From the human T2T-CHM13v2.0 reference genome, Homo sapiens, in the NCBI RefSeq assembly GCF_009914755.1, contig NC_060933.1: a stretch of DNA of 64,000 bases. One strand, written 5' to 3'. The stretch's first letter is position 1; each line of letters opens with the position of its first letter. Below, one piece after another: positions 15,516 through 29,600 of this stretch. Below the pieces are notes generated by a model that saw only the letters and a list, made by a program, of their open reading frames with translations, ran no database searches and was not told the DNA's origin. A program made the translations under genes and the position numbers.

Positions 15516-18500
15516 TCCTTTCAATTCCATTGCACACGGGTTGGTTCCATTCCATTCCTTTCCGTTCCATTCCGGATGACTCCATTCCATTGCATTCCAT
15601 TCCATTCCATTCCCCTGCACTCGGGTTCATTACCTTCCATTCCATTTACTTCCATTCCATTCCATTCCATTCTATTCGGGTTAATTCCATTCCATTCCAT
15701 TCCCTTCCATTCCATTCCATTCCATTCCATTCCATTCCATTCCATTCCATTCCATTGCTATCGAGTTGATTCCATTCCATTCCATTCAATTCCGGATGAT
15801 TCCATTCCATTGCCTTCAATTCCATTCCATTCCCCTGCACTCGGGTTGATTCCATTCCATTCCATTCCATTCCATTCCATTCCATTCCATTCCATTCCAT
15901 TCCATTTCATTCCATTCCATTTCGTTCCTTTCCATTCTATTCCGTACCATTCCATTCCATTCCATTCCATTCCATTCCATTCCATTCCATTCCATGCCAT
16001 TCCACTCGGGTTGATTCCATTCCTTTCCATTCCATTCGAGTTGAATCCATTCCAATCCATTCCATTCCATTCGATTCCATTCCATTGCACACGGGTTCAT
16101 TCCATTCCATTCCATTCCATTCCATTCCATTCCATTCCATTTCGTTCCATTCCATTATATTCCGTACCATTCCATTCCATTCCATTCCATTCCATTCCAC
16201 TCCACTCCATGCCATTCCACTCGGGTTTATTCCATTCCTTTCCATTCCATTCGGGTTGAATCCATTCCATTCCATTCCATTCCATTCCATTACATTACAT
16301 TGCCCTCGGGTTGATTCCGTTCCATTCCATTCCATTCCATTCCACTCCATTCCATGCCATTCCACGCGGGTTTATTCCATTCCTTTCCATTCCATTCGTG
16401 TTGAATCCATTCCATTCCATTCCATTCCATTCGATTCCATTACACTGCACTCGGGTTGATTCCATTCCATTCCATTCCATTCCATTTCATTCCATTCCAT
16501 TCCATTCCATTCCATTCCATTCCATTCCATGCCATTCCACTCGTGTTGATTCCATTCCTTTGCATTCCATTCGTGTTGAACCCATTCCATTCCATTCCAT
16601 TCCATTGCACACGGGTTCATTCCATTCCATTCCATTCCATTCCATTCCATTCCGTTCCATTCCATTCCATTCCATTCCATTCCATTCCATTTCGTTCCAT
16701 TCCATTCTATTCTGTACCATTCCATTCCATTCCATTCCACTCCATTCCATGCCATTCCACTCGGGTTTATTCCATTCCTTTTCATTCCATTTGGGTTGAA
16801 TCCATTCCATTCCATTCCATTCCTTTCGATTCCATTATATTGCACACGGGTTGATTCCATTCCATTCCATTCCGTTCCATTCAGGATGACTCCATTCCAT
16901 TGCATTCCATTCCATTCCATTCCCCTGCACTCGGGTTCATTACATTCCATTCCATTCCCATCCACTCCATTCCATTCCATTCCATTCCATTTCAATCGAG
17001 TTGATTCCATTCCATTCCATTCCATTCCATTCAATTCCGGATGATTCCATTCCATTGCCTTCCATTCCACTCCATTCCCCTGCACTCGGGTTGATTCCAT
17101 TCCATTCCATTCCATTCCATTCCATTCCATTCCATTCCATTCCATTTCGTTCCATTCCACTCTATTCCGTACCATTCCATTCCATTCCTTTCCGTTCCAA
17201 TCCATGCTATTCCACTCGGGTTGATTCCATTCCTTTCCATTCCATTCGAGTTGAATCCATTCCATTCCATTCCATTCCATTCGATTCCATTCCATTGCAC
17301 ACGGGTTCATTTCATTCCATTCCATTCCATTCCATTCCATTCCATTTAGTTCCATTCCATTCTATTCCATACCATTCCATTCCATTCCATTCCATTCCAC
17401 TCCATTCCATGCTATTCCTCTCGGGTTTATTCCATTCCTTTCCATTCCATTCGGATTGAATCCATTCCTTTCCATTCAATTCCATTCCACTCGATTCCAT
17501 TACATTGCACTCGTGTTGTTTCCATTCCATTCCATTCCATTCCATTTCATTCTATTCCATTCCATTCCATTCCATTCCATTCCATTCCATTGCATTCCAT
17601 GCCATTCCACTCGGGTTGATTCCATTCCTTTCCATTCCATTCGTGTTGAAACCATTCCATTCCATTCCATTCCATTCTATTCCATTCCATTCCAATCCAT
17701 TGCACACGGGTTCATTCCATTCCATTCCATTCCATTCCATTCCATTCCATTCCATTCCATTCCATTTCGTTCCATTCCATTCTATTCCGTACCATTCCAT
17801 TCCATTCGATTCCATTCCATTCCATTCCATTCCATTCCATTCCTTTCAATTCCATTGCACACGGGTTGGTTCCATTCCATTCCTTTCCGTTCCATTCCGG
17901 ATGACTCCATTCCATTGCATTCCATTCCATTCCATTCCCCTGCACTCGGGTTCATTACCTTCCATTCCATTTACTTCCATTCCATTCCATTCCATTCTAT
18001 TCGGGTTAATTCCATTCCATTCCATTCCATTCCATTCCATTCCATTCCATTGCAATCGAGTTGATTCCATTCCATTCCATTCAATTCCGGATGATTCCAT
18101 TCCATTGCCTTCAATTCCATTCCATTCCCCTGCACTCGGGTTGATTCCATTCCATTCCATTCCATTCCATTCCATTCCATTCCATTCCATTTCATTCCAT
18201 TCCATTTCGTTCCTTTCCATTCTATTCCGTACCATTCCATTCCATTCCATTCCATTCCATTCCATTCCATTCCATTCCATTCCATGCCATTCCACTCGGG
18301 TTGATTCCATTCCTTTCCATTCCATTCGAGTTGAATCCATTCCAATCCATTCCATTCCATTCGATTCCATTCCATTGCACACGGGTTCATTCCATTCCAT
18401 TCCATTCCATTCCATTCCATTCCATTCCATTCTATTTCGTTCCATTCCATTATATTCCGTACCATTCCATTCCATTCCATTCCATTCCATTCCACTCCAC

Positions 18501-19960
18501 TCCATGCCATTCCACTCGGGTTTATTCCATTCCTTTCCATTCCATTCGGGTTGAATCCATTCCATTCCATTCCATTCCATTCGATTCCATTACATTGCAC
18601 TCGGGTTGATTCCATTCCATTCCATTCCATTCCATTCCATTCCATTCCACTCCTTTCCATGCCATTCCACGCGGGTTTATTCCATTCCTTTCCATTCCAT
18701 TCGTGTTGAATCCATTCCATTCCATTCCATTCCATTCGATTCCATTACACTGCACTCGGGTTGATTCCATTCCATTCCATTCCATTCCATTTCATTCCAT
18801 TCCATTCCATTCCATTCCATTCCATTCCATGCCATTCCACTCGTGTTGATTCCATTCCTTTGCATTCCATTCGTGTTGAACCCATTCCATTCCATTCCAT
18901 TCCATTGCACACAGGTTCATTCCATTCCATTCCATTCCATTCCATTCCATTCCATTCCGTTCCATTCCATTCCATTCCATTCCATTCCATTCCATTTCGT
19001 TCCATTCCATTCTATTCTGTACCATTCCATTCCATTCCATTCCACTCCATTCCATGCCATTCCACTCGGGTTTATTCCATTCCTTTTCATTCCATTTGGG
19101 TTGAATCCATTCCATTCCATTCCCTTCCTTTCGATTCCAATATATTGCACACGGGTTGATTCCATTCCATTCCATTCCGTTCCATTCAGGATGACTCCAT
19201 TCCATTGCATTCCATTCCATTCCATTCCCCTGCACTCGGGTTCATTACATTCCATTCCATTCCCATCCACTCCATTCCATTCCATTCCATTCCATTTCAA
19301 TCGAGTTGATTCCATTCCATTCCATTCCATTCCATTCAATTCCGGATGATTCCATTCCATTGCCTTCCATTCCACTCCATTCCCCTGCACTCGGGTTGAT
19401 TCCATTCCATTCCATTCCATTCCATTCCATTCCATTTCGTTCCATTCCACTCTATTCCGTACCATTCCATTCCATTCCTTTCCATTCCAATCCATGCTAT
19501 TCCACTCAGGTTGATTCCATTCCTTTCCATTCCATTCGAGTTCAATCCATTCCATTCCATTCCATTCCATTCGATTCCATTCCATTGCACACGGGTTCAT
19601 TTCATTCCATTCCATTCCATTCCATTCCATTTACTTCCATTCCATTCTATTCCATACCATTCCATTCCATTCCATTCCATTCCACTCCATTCCATGCTAT
19701 TCCTCTCGGGTTTATTCCATTCCTTTCCATTCCATTCGGATTGAATCCATTCCTTTCCATTCAATTCCATTCCACTCGATTCCATTACATTGCACTCGTG
19801 TTGTTTCCATTCCATTCCATTCCATTCCATTTCATTCTATTCCATTCCATTCCAATCCATTGCACACGGGTTCATTCCATTCCATTCCATTCCATTCCAT
19901 TCCATTCCATTCCATTTCGTTCCATTCCATTCTATTCCGTACCATTCCATTCCATTCCAT
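15516..19960 (+). repeat. Tandem duplication, ~2.3-kb unit, two copies
   Basis: TCCTTTCAATTCC...GGGTTGGTT 15516/17841; CATTATATTCCG 16153/18448; TACACTGCAC 16441/18746; TCAGGATGAC ~16881/19186; TCGGATTGAA 17451/19736. Confidence 0.85.
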
Positions 19961-21329
19961 TCCATTCCATTCCATTCCATTCCATGCCATTCCACTCGGT
20001 TTTTTCCATTCCTTTCCATTCCATTCGGGTTGAATCCATTCCTTTCCATTCCATTCCGTTCAATTCCATTCCATTGCACTCGGGTTGATTCCATTCCATT
20101 CCATGCCATTCCATTTCATTCCGTTCCATTCCATTCCATTACATTCGGATTGATTCTTTTCAATTCCCTTACACTCCATTACATTCCATTCCATTCGGGT
20201 AGTTTCCGTTCCATTCCATTCCATTCCACTCCATTGCATTGCACTCGGGTTGATAGATTCCATTCCATTCCATTCCATTCCATTCCATTCCATTCCATTC
20301 CGGATGAATCCATTCCATTGCATTCCATTCCATTCCATTCCCCTGCACTCGGGTTGATTCCATTCCATTCCATTCCATTCCATTCCGTTCCATTCCATTC
20401 CATTCCATTCCATTCTGTTCAGGTTAATTCCATTCCATTCCATTCCATTCCATTCCATTCCATTCCATTCCATTCCATTCCATTCCATTGCAATCGAGTT
20501 GTTTCCATTGCATTCCATTCCATTCCATTCCATTGCATTCCATTGCATTCCATTCCCCTGCACTCAGGTTGAATCCATTCCATTCCATTCCATTCCATTC
20601 CATTCAATTCCGGATGATTCCATTCCATTGCCTTCCATTCCACTCCATTCCCCTGCACTCGGGTTGATTCCATTCCATTCCATTCCATTCCATTCCATTC
20701 CATTCCATTCCATTCCATTTCGTTCCATTCCACTCTATTCCGTACCATTCCATTCCATTCCTTTCCATTCCAATCCATGCTATTCCACTCGGGTTGATTC
20801 CATTCCTTTCCATTCCATTCGAGTTGAATCCATTCCATTCCATTCCATTCCATTCGATTCCATTCCATTGCACACGTGTTCATTCCATTCCATTCCATTC
20901 CATTCCATTCCATTCCATTTAGTTCCATTCCATTCTATTACATACCATTCCATTCCATTCCATTCCATTCCACTCCATTCCATGCTATTCCTCTCGGGTT
21001 TATTCCATTCCTTTCCATTCCATTCGGGTTGAATCCATTCCATTCCATTCAATTCCATTCCACTCGATTCCATTACATTGCACTCGTGTTGTTTCCATTC
21101 CATTCCATTCCATTCCATTTCATTCCATTCCATTCCATTCCATTCCATTCCATTCCATTCCATGCCATTCCACTCGGGTTGATTCCATTCCTTTCCATTC
21201 CATTCGAGTTGAAACCATTCCATTCCATTCCATTCCATTCCATTCCATTCCATTCCAATCCATTGCACACGGGTTCATTCCATTGCATTCCATTCCATTC
21301 CATTCCATTCCATTCCATTCCATTCCATT

Positions 21330-23600
21330 TCTTTCCATTCAATTCTATTCCTTACCATTCCATTCCATTCCATTCCATTCCATGCCATTCCACTCGGGTT
21401 TATTCCATTCCTTTCCATTCCATTCGGGTTGAATCCATTCCTTTCCATTCCATTCCGTTCAATTCCATTCCATTGCACTCGGGTTGATTCCATTCCATTC
21501 CATGCCATTCCATTTCATTCCGTTCCATTCCATTCCATTACATTCGGATTGATTCTTTTCAATTCCCTTACACTCCATTACATTCCATTCCATTCGGGTA
21601 GTTTCCATTCCATTCCATTCCATTCCACTCCATTGCTTTGCACTCGGGTTCATTGATTCCATTCCATTGCATTCCATTCCATTCCATTCCATTCCGGATG
21701 AATCCATTCCATTGCATTCCATTCCATTCCATTCCCCTGCACTCGGGTTGATTCCATTCCATTCCATTCCATTCCATTCCGTTCCATTCCATTCCATTCC
21801 ATTCCATTCTGTTCAGGTTAATTCCATTCCATTCCATTCCATTCCATTCCATTCCATTCCATTCCATTCCATTGCAATCGAGTTGTCTCCATTGCATTCC
21901 ATTCCATTCCATTCCATTCCATTCCATTGCAATCGAGTTGTTTCCATTGCATTCCATTCCATTCCATTCCATTGCATTCCATTGCATTCCATTCCCCTGC
22001 ACTCAGGTTGATTCCATTCCATTCCATTCCATTCCATTCTATTCGCGTTAATTCCATTCCATTCCATTCCATTACATTCCTTTGCAATCGACTTGATTCC
22101 ATTCCATTCCATTCCATTCCATTTAATTCAAGTCCTTTCCATTCCATTCCACTCGTGTTTATTCCATTTTATTAGTTTCCATTCCAATCCTTTCCCTTCC
22201 ATTCCACTCTGGTTGATTCCATTCCTTTCCATTCCACTCGAATTCATTCCCTTCTATTCCACTCGGAATGATTCCATTCCATTCCGTTCCATTCCATTCC
22301 ATTCGATTCTATTTCCTACCATTGCTTTCTATTCCGTACCATTCCATTTCATTCCATTCCATGCCATTCCACTCTGGTTGATTCCATTGCTTTCCATTCC
22401 ATTTGGGTTGAATCCATTCCATTCCATTCCATTCCATTCCATTCCATTGCACTAGGTTTGATTCCATTCCACTGCATTCCATTCCATTCCATTCCATTCC
22501 ATTCCATTCCATTCCATTCCGTTCCATTCAGTTCCATTACATTCGGATTGATTCTTTTTAATTCCCTCAGACTCCATTACATTCCATTCCATTCGGGTAC
22601 TTTCCATTCCATTCCATTCCATTCCATTCCATTCCACTGCATTATATTGCACTCGGGTTTATTGATTCCATTCCATTGCATTCCATTCCATTCCATTCCA
22701 TTCCGGATGATTCCATTCCATTGCATTCCATTCTATTCCATTCCCCTGCACTCGGGTTGATTCCATTCCATTCCATTCCATTCTATTCCGTTCCGTTCCA
22801 TTCGATTCCATTCCATTCTGTTCAGGTTAATTCCATTCCATTCCATTCCCTTCCATTCCATTCCATTCCATTCCATTGCAATCGAATTGATTCCATTGCA
22901 TTCCATTTCATTCCATTCCATTGCATTCCATTCCATTCCTATCCCCTGCACTCAGGTTGATTCCATTCCATTCCATTCCATTCCATTCCATTCTATTCCA
23001 TTCCATTCTATTCGCGGTAATTCCATTCCATTCCATTCCATTACCTTCCATTGCAATCGAGTTGATTCCATTCCATTCCGTTCCTTTCCATTCCATTCCA
23101 TTCAAATCCTTTCCATTCCATTCCAGTCGTGTTGATTCCATTTTATTAGTTTCCATTCCATTCCATTCCCTTCCATTCCACTCTGGTTGATTCCATTCCT
23201 TTCCATTCCACTCGAATACATTCCCTTCTATTCCACTCGGAATGATTCCATTCCATTCCGTTCAATTCCATTCCATTCCATTCCATTTCTTTCCATTCCA
23301 TTCTATTCCGTACCATTCCATTCCATTCCACTCCATTCCATTCCATTCCATTCCATTCCATTCCATTCCATTCCATTCCATTCCATTCCATGCCATTCCA
23401 CTCGGGTTGATTCCATTGCTTTCCATTCCATTTGGGTTGAATCCATTCCATTCCATTCCATTCCATTCCATTCCATTCAATTGCACTAGGTTTGATTCCA
23501 TTCCACTGCATTCCATTCCATTCCATTCCATTCCATTCCACTCCATTCCATTCCATTCCCCCGCACTCGGGTTCATTCCATTCCATTGCATTTCCTTCCA
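21330..23600 (+). repeat. Dispersed direct copy of ~6,890-9,060 (offset ~14.4-14.5 kb)
   Basis: Shared rare markers TTGCTTTGCACTCGGGTTCATTGATT (~7195/21633), CCCTCAGACTCC (~8026/22564), CTATCCCCTG (8391/22939) and CCCCCGCACT (~9015/23557). ORFs 7021..7359 and 21459..21797 are nearly identical. Confidence 0.85.
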
Positions 23601-26600
23601 TTCCATTCCATTCCATTCCATTCCATTCCATTCCATTGCATTCCATTCCATTCCATTGCAATCGAGTTGATTCCATTCCATTCTTTCTATTCAATTCCGG
23701 ATGATTCCATTCCATTGCCTTCAATTCCATTCCATTCCCCTGCACTCGGGTTGATTCCATTCCATTCCATTCCATTCCATTCCATTCCATTCCATTTCAT
23801 TCTATTCCATTTCTTTCCATTCCATTCTATTCCGTACCATTCCATTCCATTCCATTCCATTCCATTCCATTCCATTCCATTCCATTCTATTCGGGTTAAT
23901 TCCATTCCACTCCATTCCATTCCATTCCATTCCATTCCATTCCATTCCATGCCATTCCACTCGGGTTGATTCCATTGCTTTCCATTCCATTCGAGTTGAA
24001 TACATTCCAATCCATTCCATTGCATTCGATTCCATTCCATTGCACACGGGTTCATTCCATTCCATTCCATTCCATTCCATTGCATTCGAGTTGATTCCAT
24101 TACATTCCATTCAATTCCGGATGATTCCATTCCATTGCCTTCAATTCCATTCCATTCCCCTGCACTCGGGTTGATTCCATTCCATTCCATTCCATTTCAT
24201 TCCATTCCATATCGTTCCATTCCATTCTATTCCATACCATTCCATTCCATTCCATTCCATTCCATTCCATTCCATTCCATTCCATGCCATTCCACTCGGG
24301 TTGATTCCATTCCTTTCCATTCCATTCGAGTTGAATCCATTCCATTCCATTCCATTCCATTCGATTCCATTCCATTGCACACGGGTTCATTCCATTCCAT
24401 TCCATTCCATTCCATTCCATTCCATTTCGTTCCATTCCATTCTATTCCGTACCATTCCATTCCATTCCATTCCATTCCATTCCATTCCACTCCATTCCAT
24501 TCCACTCCATTCCATGCCATTCCACTCGGGTATATTCCATTCCTTTCGATTCCATTCGGGTTGAATCCATTCCATTCCATTCCATTCCATTCGATTCCAT
24601 TACATTGCACTCGGGTTGATTCCATTCCACTCCATTCCATTACATTTCATTCCATTCCACTCCATTCCATTTCATTCAATTCTATTCCATTCAATGCCAT
24701 TCCATTCGTGTTTATTCCATTCCTTTCCATTCCATTCGAGTTGAACCCATTCCATTCCATTCCATTCCATTCCATTCCATTCCGTTCCATTCCATTGCAC
24801 ACGGGTTCATTCCATTCCATTCCATTACATTACATTACATTCCATTACATTACATTCCATTTCGTTCCTTTCAATTCTATTCCGTTCCATTCCATTCCAT
24901 TCCATTCCGGATGATTCCATTCCACTGCATTCCATTCCATTAAATTCCCCTGCACTTGGGGTGATTCCTTTCCATTCTATTCCATTCCATTCCTTTACAT
25001 TCCATTCAATTCCATTCTATTCGGGTTAATTCCATTCCATTCCATTCCATTCAATTCCATTCCATTGCAATCGAGTTGATTCCATTGCATTCCATTCCAT
25101 TCCATTCCAGTCCTTTCCATTCCATTCCACTCGGGTTGATTCCATTCTATTCCTTTCCATTCCATTCGATTCCATTCCATTCCACTCTGGTTGATTCCAT
25201 TCCTTTTCATTCCACTCGAAAACATTTCCTTCTATTCCACTCGGAATGATTCCATTCCATTCCATTTCGTTCTTTCCATTCTATTCAGTACCATTCCATT
25301 CCATTCCATTCCATTCCATTCCATTCCATGCCATTCCACTCGCGTTGATTCCATTCCTTTCCATTCCATTCGAGTTAAATCCATTCCAATCCATTCCATT
25401 CCATTCGATTCCATTCCATTGCACACGGGTTCATTGCATTCCATTCTATTCCATTCCATTCCATTCCATTCCATTTCGTTCCATCCCATTCTATTCCGTA
25501 CCATTCCATTCCATTCCATTCCATTCCATTCCACTCCATTCCATGCCATTCCATTCGGGTTTATTCCATTCCTTTCCATTCCATTCGGGTTGAATCCATT
25601 CCATTCCATTCCATTCCATTCGATTCCATTACATTGCACTCGGGTTGATTCCATTCCATTCCATTCCATTACATTTCATTCCATTCCACTCCATTCCATG
25701 CCATTCCACGCGGGTTTATTCCATTCCTTTCCATTCCATTCGTGTTGAATCCATTCCATTCCATTCCATTCCATTCGATTCCATTACACTGCACTCGGGT
25801 TGATTCAATTCCATTCCATTCCATTACATTTCATTCCATTCCATTCCATTCCATTCCATTCTATTCCATTCCATTCCATTCCATTGCACACGGGTTCATT
25901 CCATTCCATTCCATTCCATTCCATTCCATTCCATTGCGTTCCATTCCATTCCATTCTTTTCTGTTCAGGTTAATTCCATTCCATTCCTTTCCCTTCCATT
26001 CCATTCCATTCCATTCCATTGCAATCGAGTTGATTCCATTGCATTCTATTCCATTACATTCCATTGCAATCCATTCCATTCCATTCCCCTGCACTCAGGT
26101 TGATTCCATTCGATTCCGTTCCATTCCATTCCATTCCATTCCGTTCCATTCCATTCCATTCCATTCTATTCGCTTTAATTGCATTCCATTAAATTACATT
26201 GCATTCCATTGCAATCCACTTGATTCCATTCCTTTCCGTTCCATTCCATTCCATTCCATTCCATTTCGTTCCATTCCATTCTATTCCGTACCTTTCCATT
26301 CTATTGCATTCCATACCATTCAATTCCATTCCGTTCCATTCCATTCCATGCCATTCCACTCGGGTTGATTCCATTGCTTTCCATTCCATTTGGGTTGAAT
26401 CCATTCCATTCCATTCCATTCCATTCCATTCCATTCCATTCCATTGCACTAGGTTTGATTCCATTCCACTGCATTCCATTCCATTCCATTCCATTCCGTT
26501 CCTTTCCATTCCATTACATTCGGATTGATTGTATTCAATTCCCTTACACTCCATTTCATTCCATTCCATTCGGGTTGTTTCCATTCCATTCCATTCCATT

Positions 26601-29600
26601 CTATTCCATTTCGTTCCATTCCATTCTATTCGGTACCATTCCATTCCATTCCATTCCATTCCATTCCATGCCATTCCACTTGGGTTGATTCCCTTCCTTT
26701 CCATTCCATTCGGGTTGAATCCATTCCATTCCATTCCATTCCATTCCATTCCATTCCTTTCCATTCCATTACACACGGGTTGATTCCATTCCATTCCTTT
26801 CTGTTCCATTCCGGATGACTCCATTCCATTCCATTCCATTCCATTCCCCTGCCCTCGGGTTCATTACATTCCATTCCATTTACTTCCATTCCATTCCATT
26901 CCATTCAATTCCATTCTATTCGGGTTAATTCCATTCCATTCCATTCCATTCCATTCCATTCCATTGCATTCCATTGCAATCAAGTTGATTCCATTCCATT
27001 AAATTCAATTCCGGATGATTCCATTCCATTGCCTTCAATTCCATTCCATTCCCCTGCACTCGGGTTGATTCCATTCCATTCCATTCCATTCCATTTCATT
27101 CCATTCCATTTCGTTCCATTCCATTCTTTTGCGTTCCATTCCATTCCATTCCATTCCATTGCTTTCCATTCTATTCGGGTTAATTCCATTCCATTCCATT
27201 CCATTCCATTCCATTCCATTCCGTTCCATTCAATTCCATTACATTCGGATTGATTCTTTTTAATTCCCTTACACTCCATTACATTCTATTCCATTCGGGT
27301 AGTTTCCATACCATTCCATTCCATTCCACTGCATTCTATTGCACTCGGGTTGATTGATTCCATTCCATTGCATTCCATTCCATTCCATTCCATTCCGGAT
27401 GATTCCATTCCATTGCATTCCATTGCATTCCATTCCCCTGTACTCGGGTTGATCCCATTCCATTGCATTCTATTCCATTCCATTCCATTCCATTCCATTC
27501 CGTTCCGTTCCGTTCCATTCCATTCCCTTCCATTCTGTTCAGGTTAATTCCATTCCATTCCATTCCCTTCCATTCCATTCCATTCCATTCCATTCCATTC
27601 CATTCCATGCCATTCCACTCGGGTTGATTCCATTCCATTCCTTTCCATTCCATTCGAGTTGAACCCATTCCATTCCATTCCATTCCATTGCATTCCACTC
27701 GGGTTGATTCCATTCCTTTCCATTCCATTCGGGTTGAAACCATTCCATTCCATTCCATTCCTTTCGATTCCATTCCATTTCACTCGGGTTGATCCCATTC
27801 CATTGCATTCCATTCCATTCCTTTGCATTCCATTCCGTTCCATTCCATTCCATTACATTCGTATTGATTCTATTCAATACCCTTACTCTCCATTACATTC
27901 CATTCCTTTCGGGTTGTTTCCATTCCATTCCATTCCATTCCACTCCATTCCATTTCAATCGGGTGATTCCATTACATTCCATTGCATTCCATTCCATTCC
28001 ATTCCATTCCGTATGATTCCATTCCATTGCATTCCATTCCATTCCATTCCCTTGCACTCGGGTGGATTCCATTCTATTCCATTCCATTCCATTCCATTCC
28101 ATTCCATTCCATTCCATTCTATTCGGGTTAATTTCATTCCATTCCATTCCATTCCCTTCCATTGCATTCCATTCCATTCCATTCCATTCCATTGAAATCG
28201 AGTTGATTCCATTCCATTCCATTCCATTCCATTCCATTCCATTCCATTCCATTCCATTCCATTCTATTCGGGTTAATTCCATTCCATTCCTTTCCATTCC
28301 ATTCCATTCCCTTCCATTCCATTCTATTCCATTCCATTCCATTCCATTCCATCCTATTAGGGTTAATTCCATTCCATTCCATTCCATTCCATTCCATCCG
28401 ATTCCATTCCATTCCATTGCAATCGAGTTGATTCCATTCCATTCCATTCCATTTCATTCCATTCAATTCCATTTAACTCGGGTTAATTCCATTCAATTCC
28501 ATTCCATTACATTCCCTTCCATTCCATTCTATTCCATTCCATTCCATTCCATTCCATTCCATTCCATTCCATTCTATTAGGGTTAATTCCATTCCTTTCC
28601 ATTCCATTCCATTCCATTCCATTCCATTCCATTCCATTGCAATCGAGTTGATTCCATTCCATTCCATTCCATTCCATTCAATTCAATTCCATTGAACTCG
28701 GGTTAATTCCATTCCATTCCATTCCATTCCATTTCATTCCATTCCATTCCATTCCATTCCATTCCATTCCATTCCTTTCCGTTCCATTCCATTACATTCG
28801 GATTGATTATATTCAATTCCCTTACACTCCATTACATTCTATTCCATTCGTGTTGTTTCCATTCTATTCCAGTCCATTCCACTCCATTCCATTGCCCTCT
28901 GGTTGATTCCATTCCATTCCCTTCCATTCCGTATGACTCCATTCCATTTCATTCCATTCCATTGCATTCCCCTGCACTGGAGTTGATTACATTCCATTCC
29001 ATTCCCTTCCTTTCCATTCCATTCCATTGTATTCGAGTTAATTCTATTCCATTCCATTACATTCCATTCCCTTCCATTCCATTCCATTCCATTCCATTCC
29101 ATTCCATTGCAATCGACTTGATTCCATTCCATTCCATTCCATTCCATTCCATTCCGGATGATTCCATTCCATTGCCTTCCATTCCATTCCATTACCATGC
29201 ACTCGGGTTGTTTCCATTCCATTCCATTCCATTCCATTCCATTTCGTTCCATTCGATTCTATTCCGTACCATTCAATTCCATTCCATTCCATGCCATTCC
29301 ATTCCATTCCAGTCCATGCCATTCCACTCGGGTTGATTTCATTCCTTTCCATTCCATTCGAGTTGTATCCTTTCCATTCCATTCCATTCCATTCGATTCC
29401 ATTCCATTGCACACGGGTTCATTCCATTCCATTCCATTCCATTCCATTCCATTTCGTTCCATTCCATTCTATTCCGTACCATTCCATTCCATTCCATTCC
29501 ATTCCAGTCCATTCCATGCCATTCCACTCGGGTTGATTCCATTCCTTTCCATTCCATTTGGGTTGAATCCATTCCATTCCATTCCATTCCATTCGATTCC

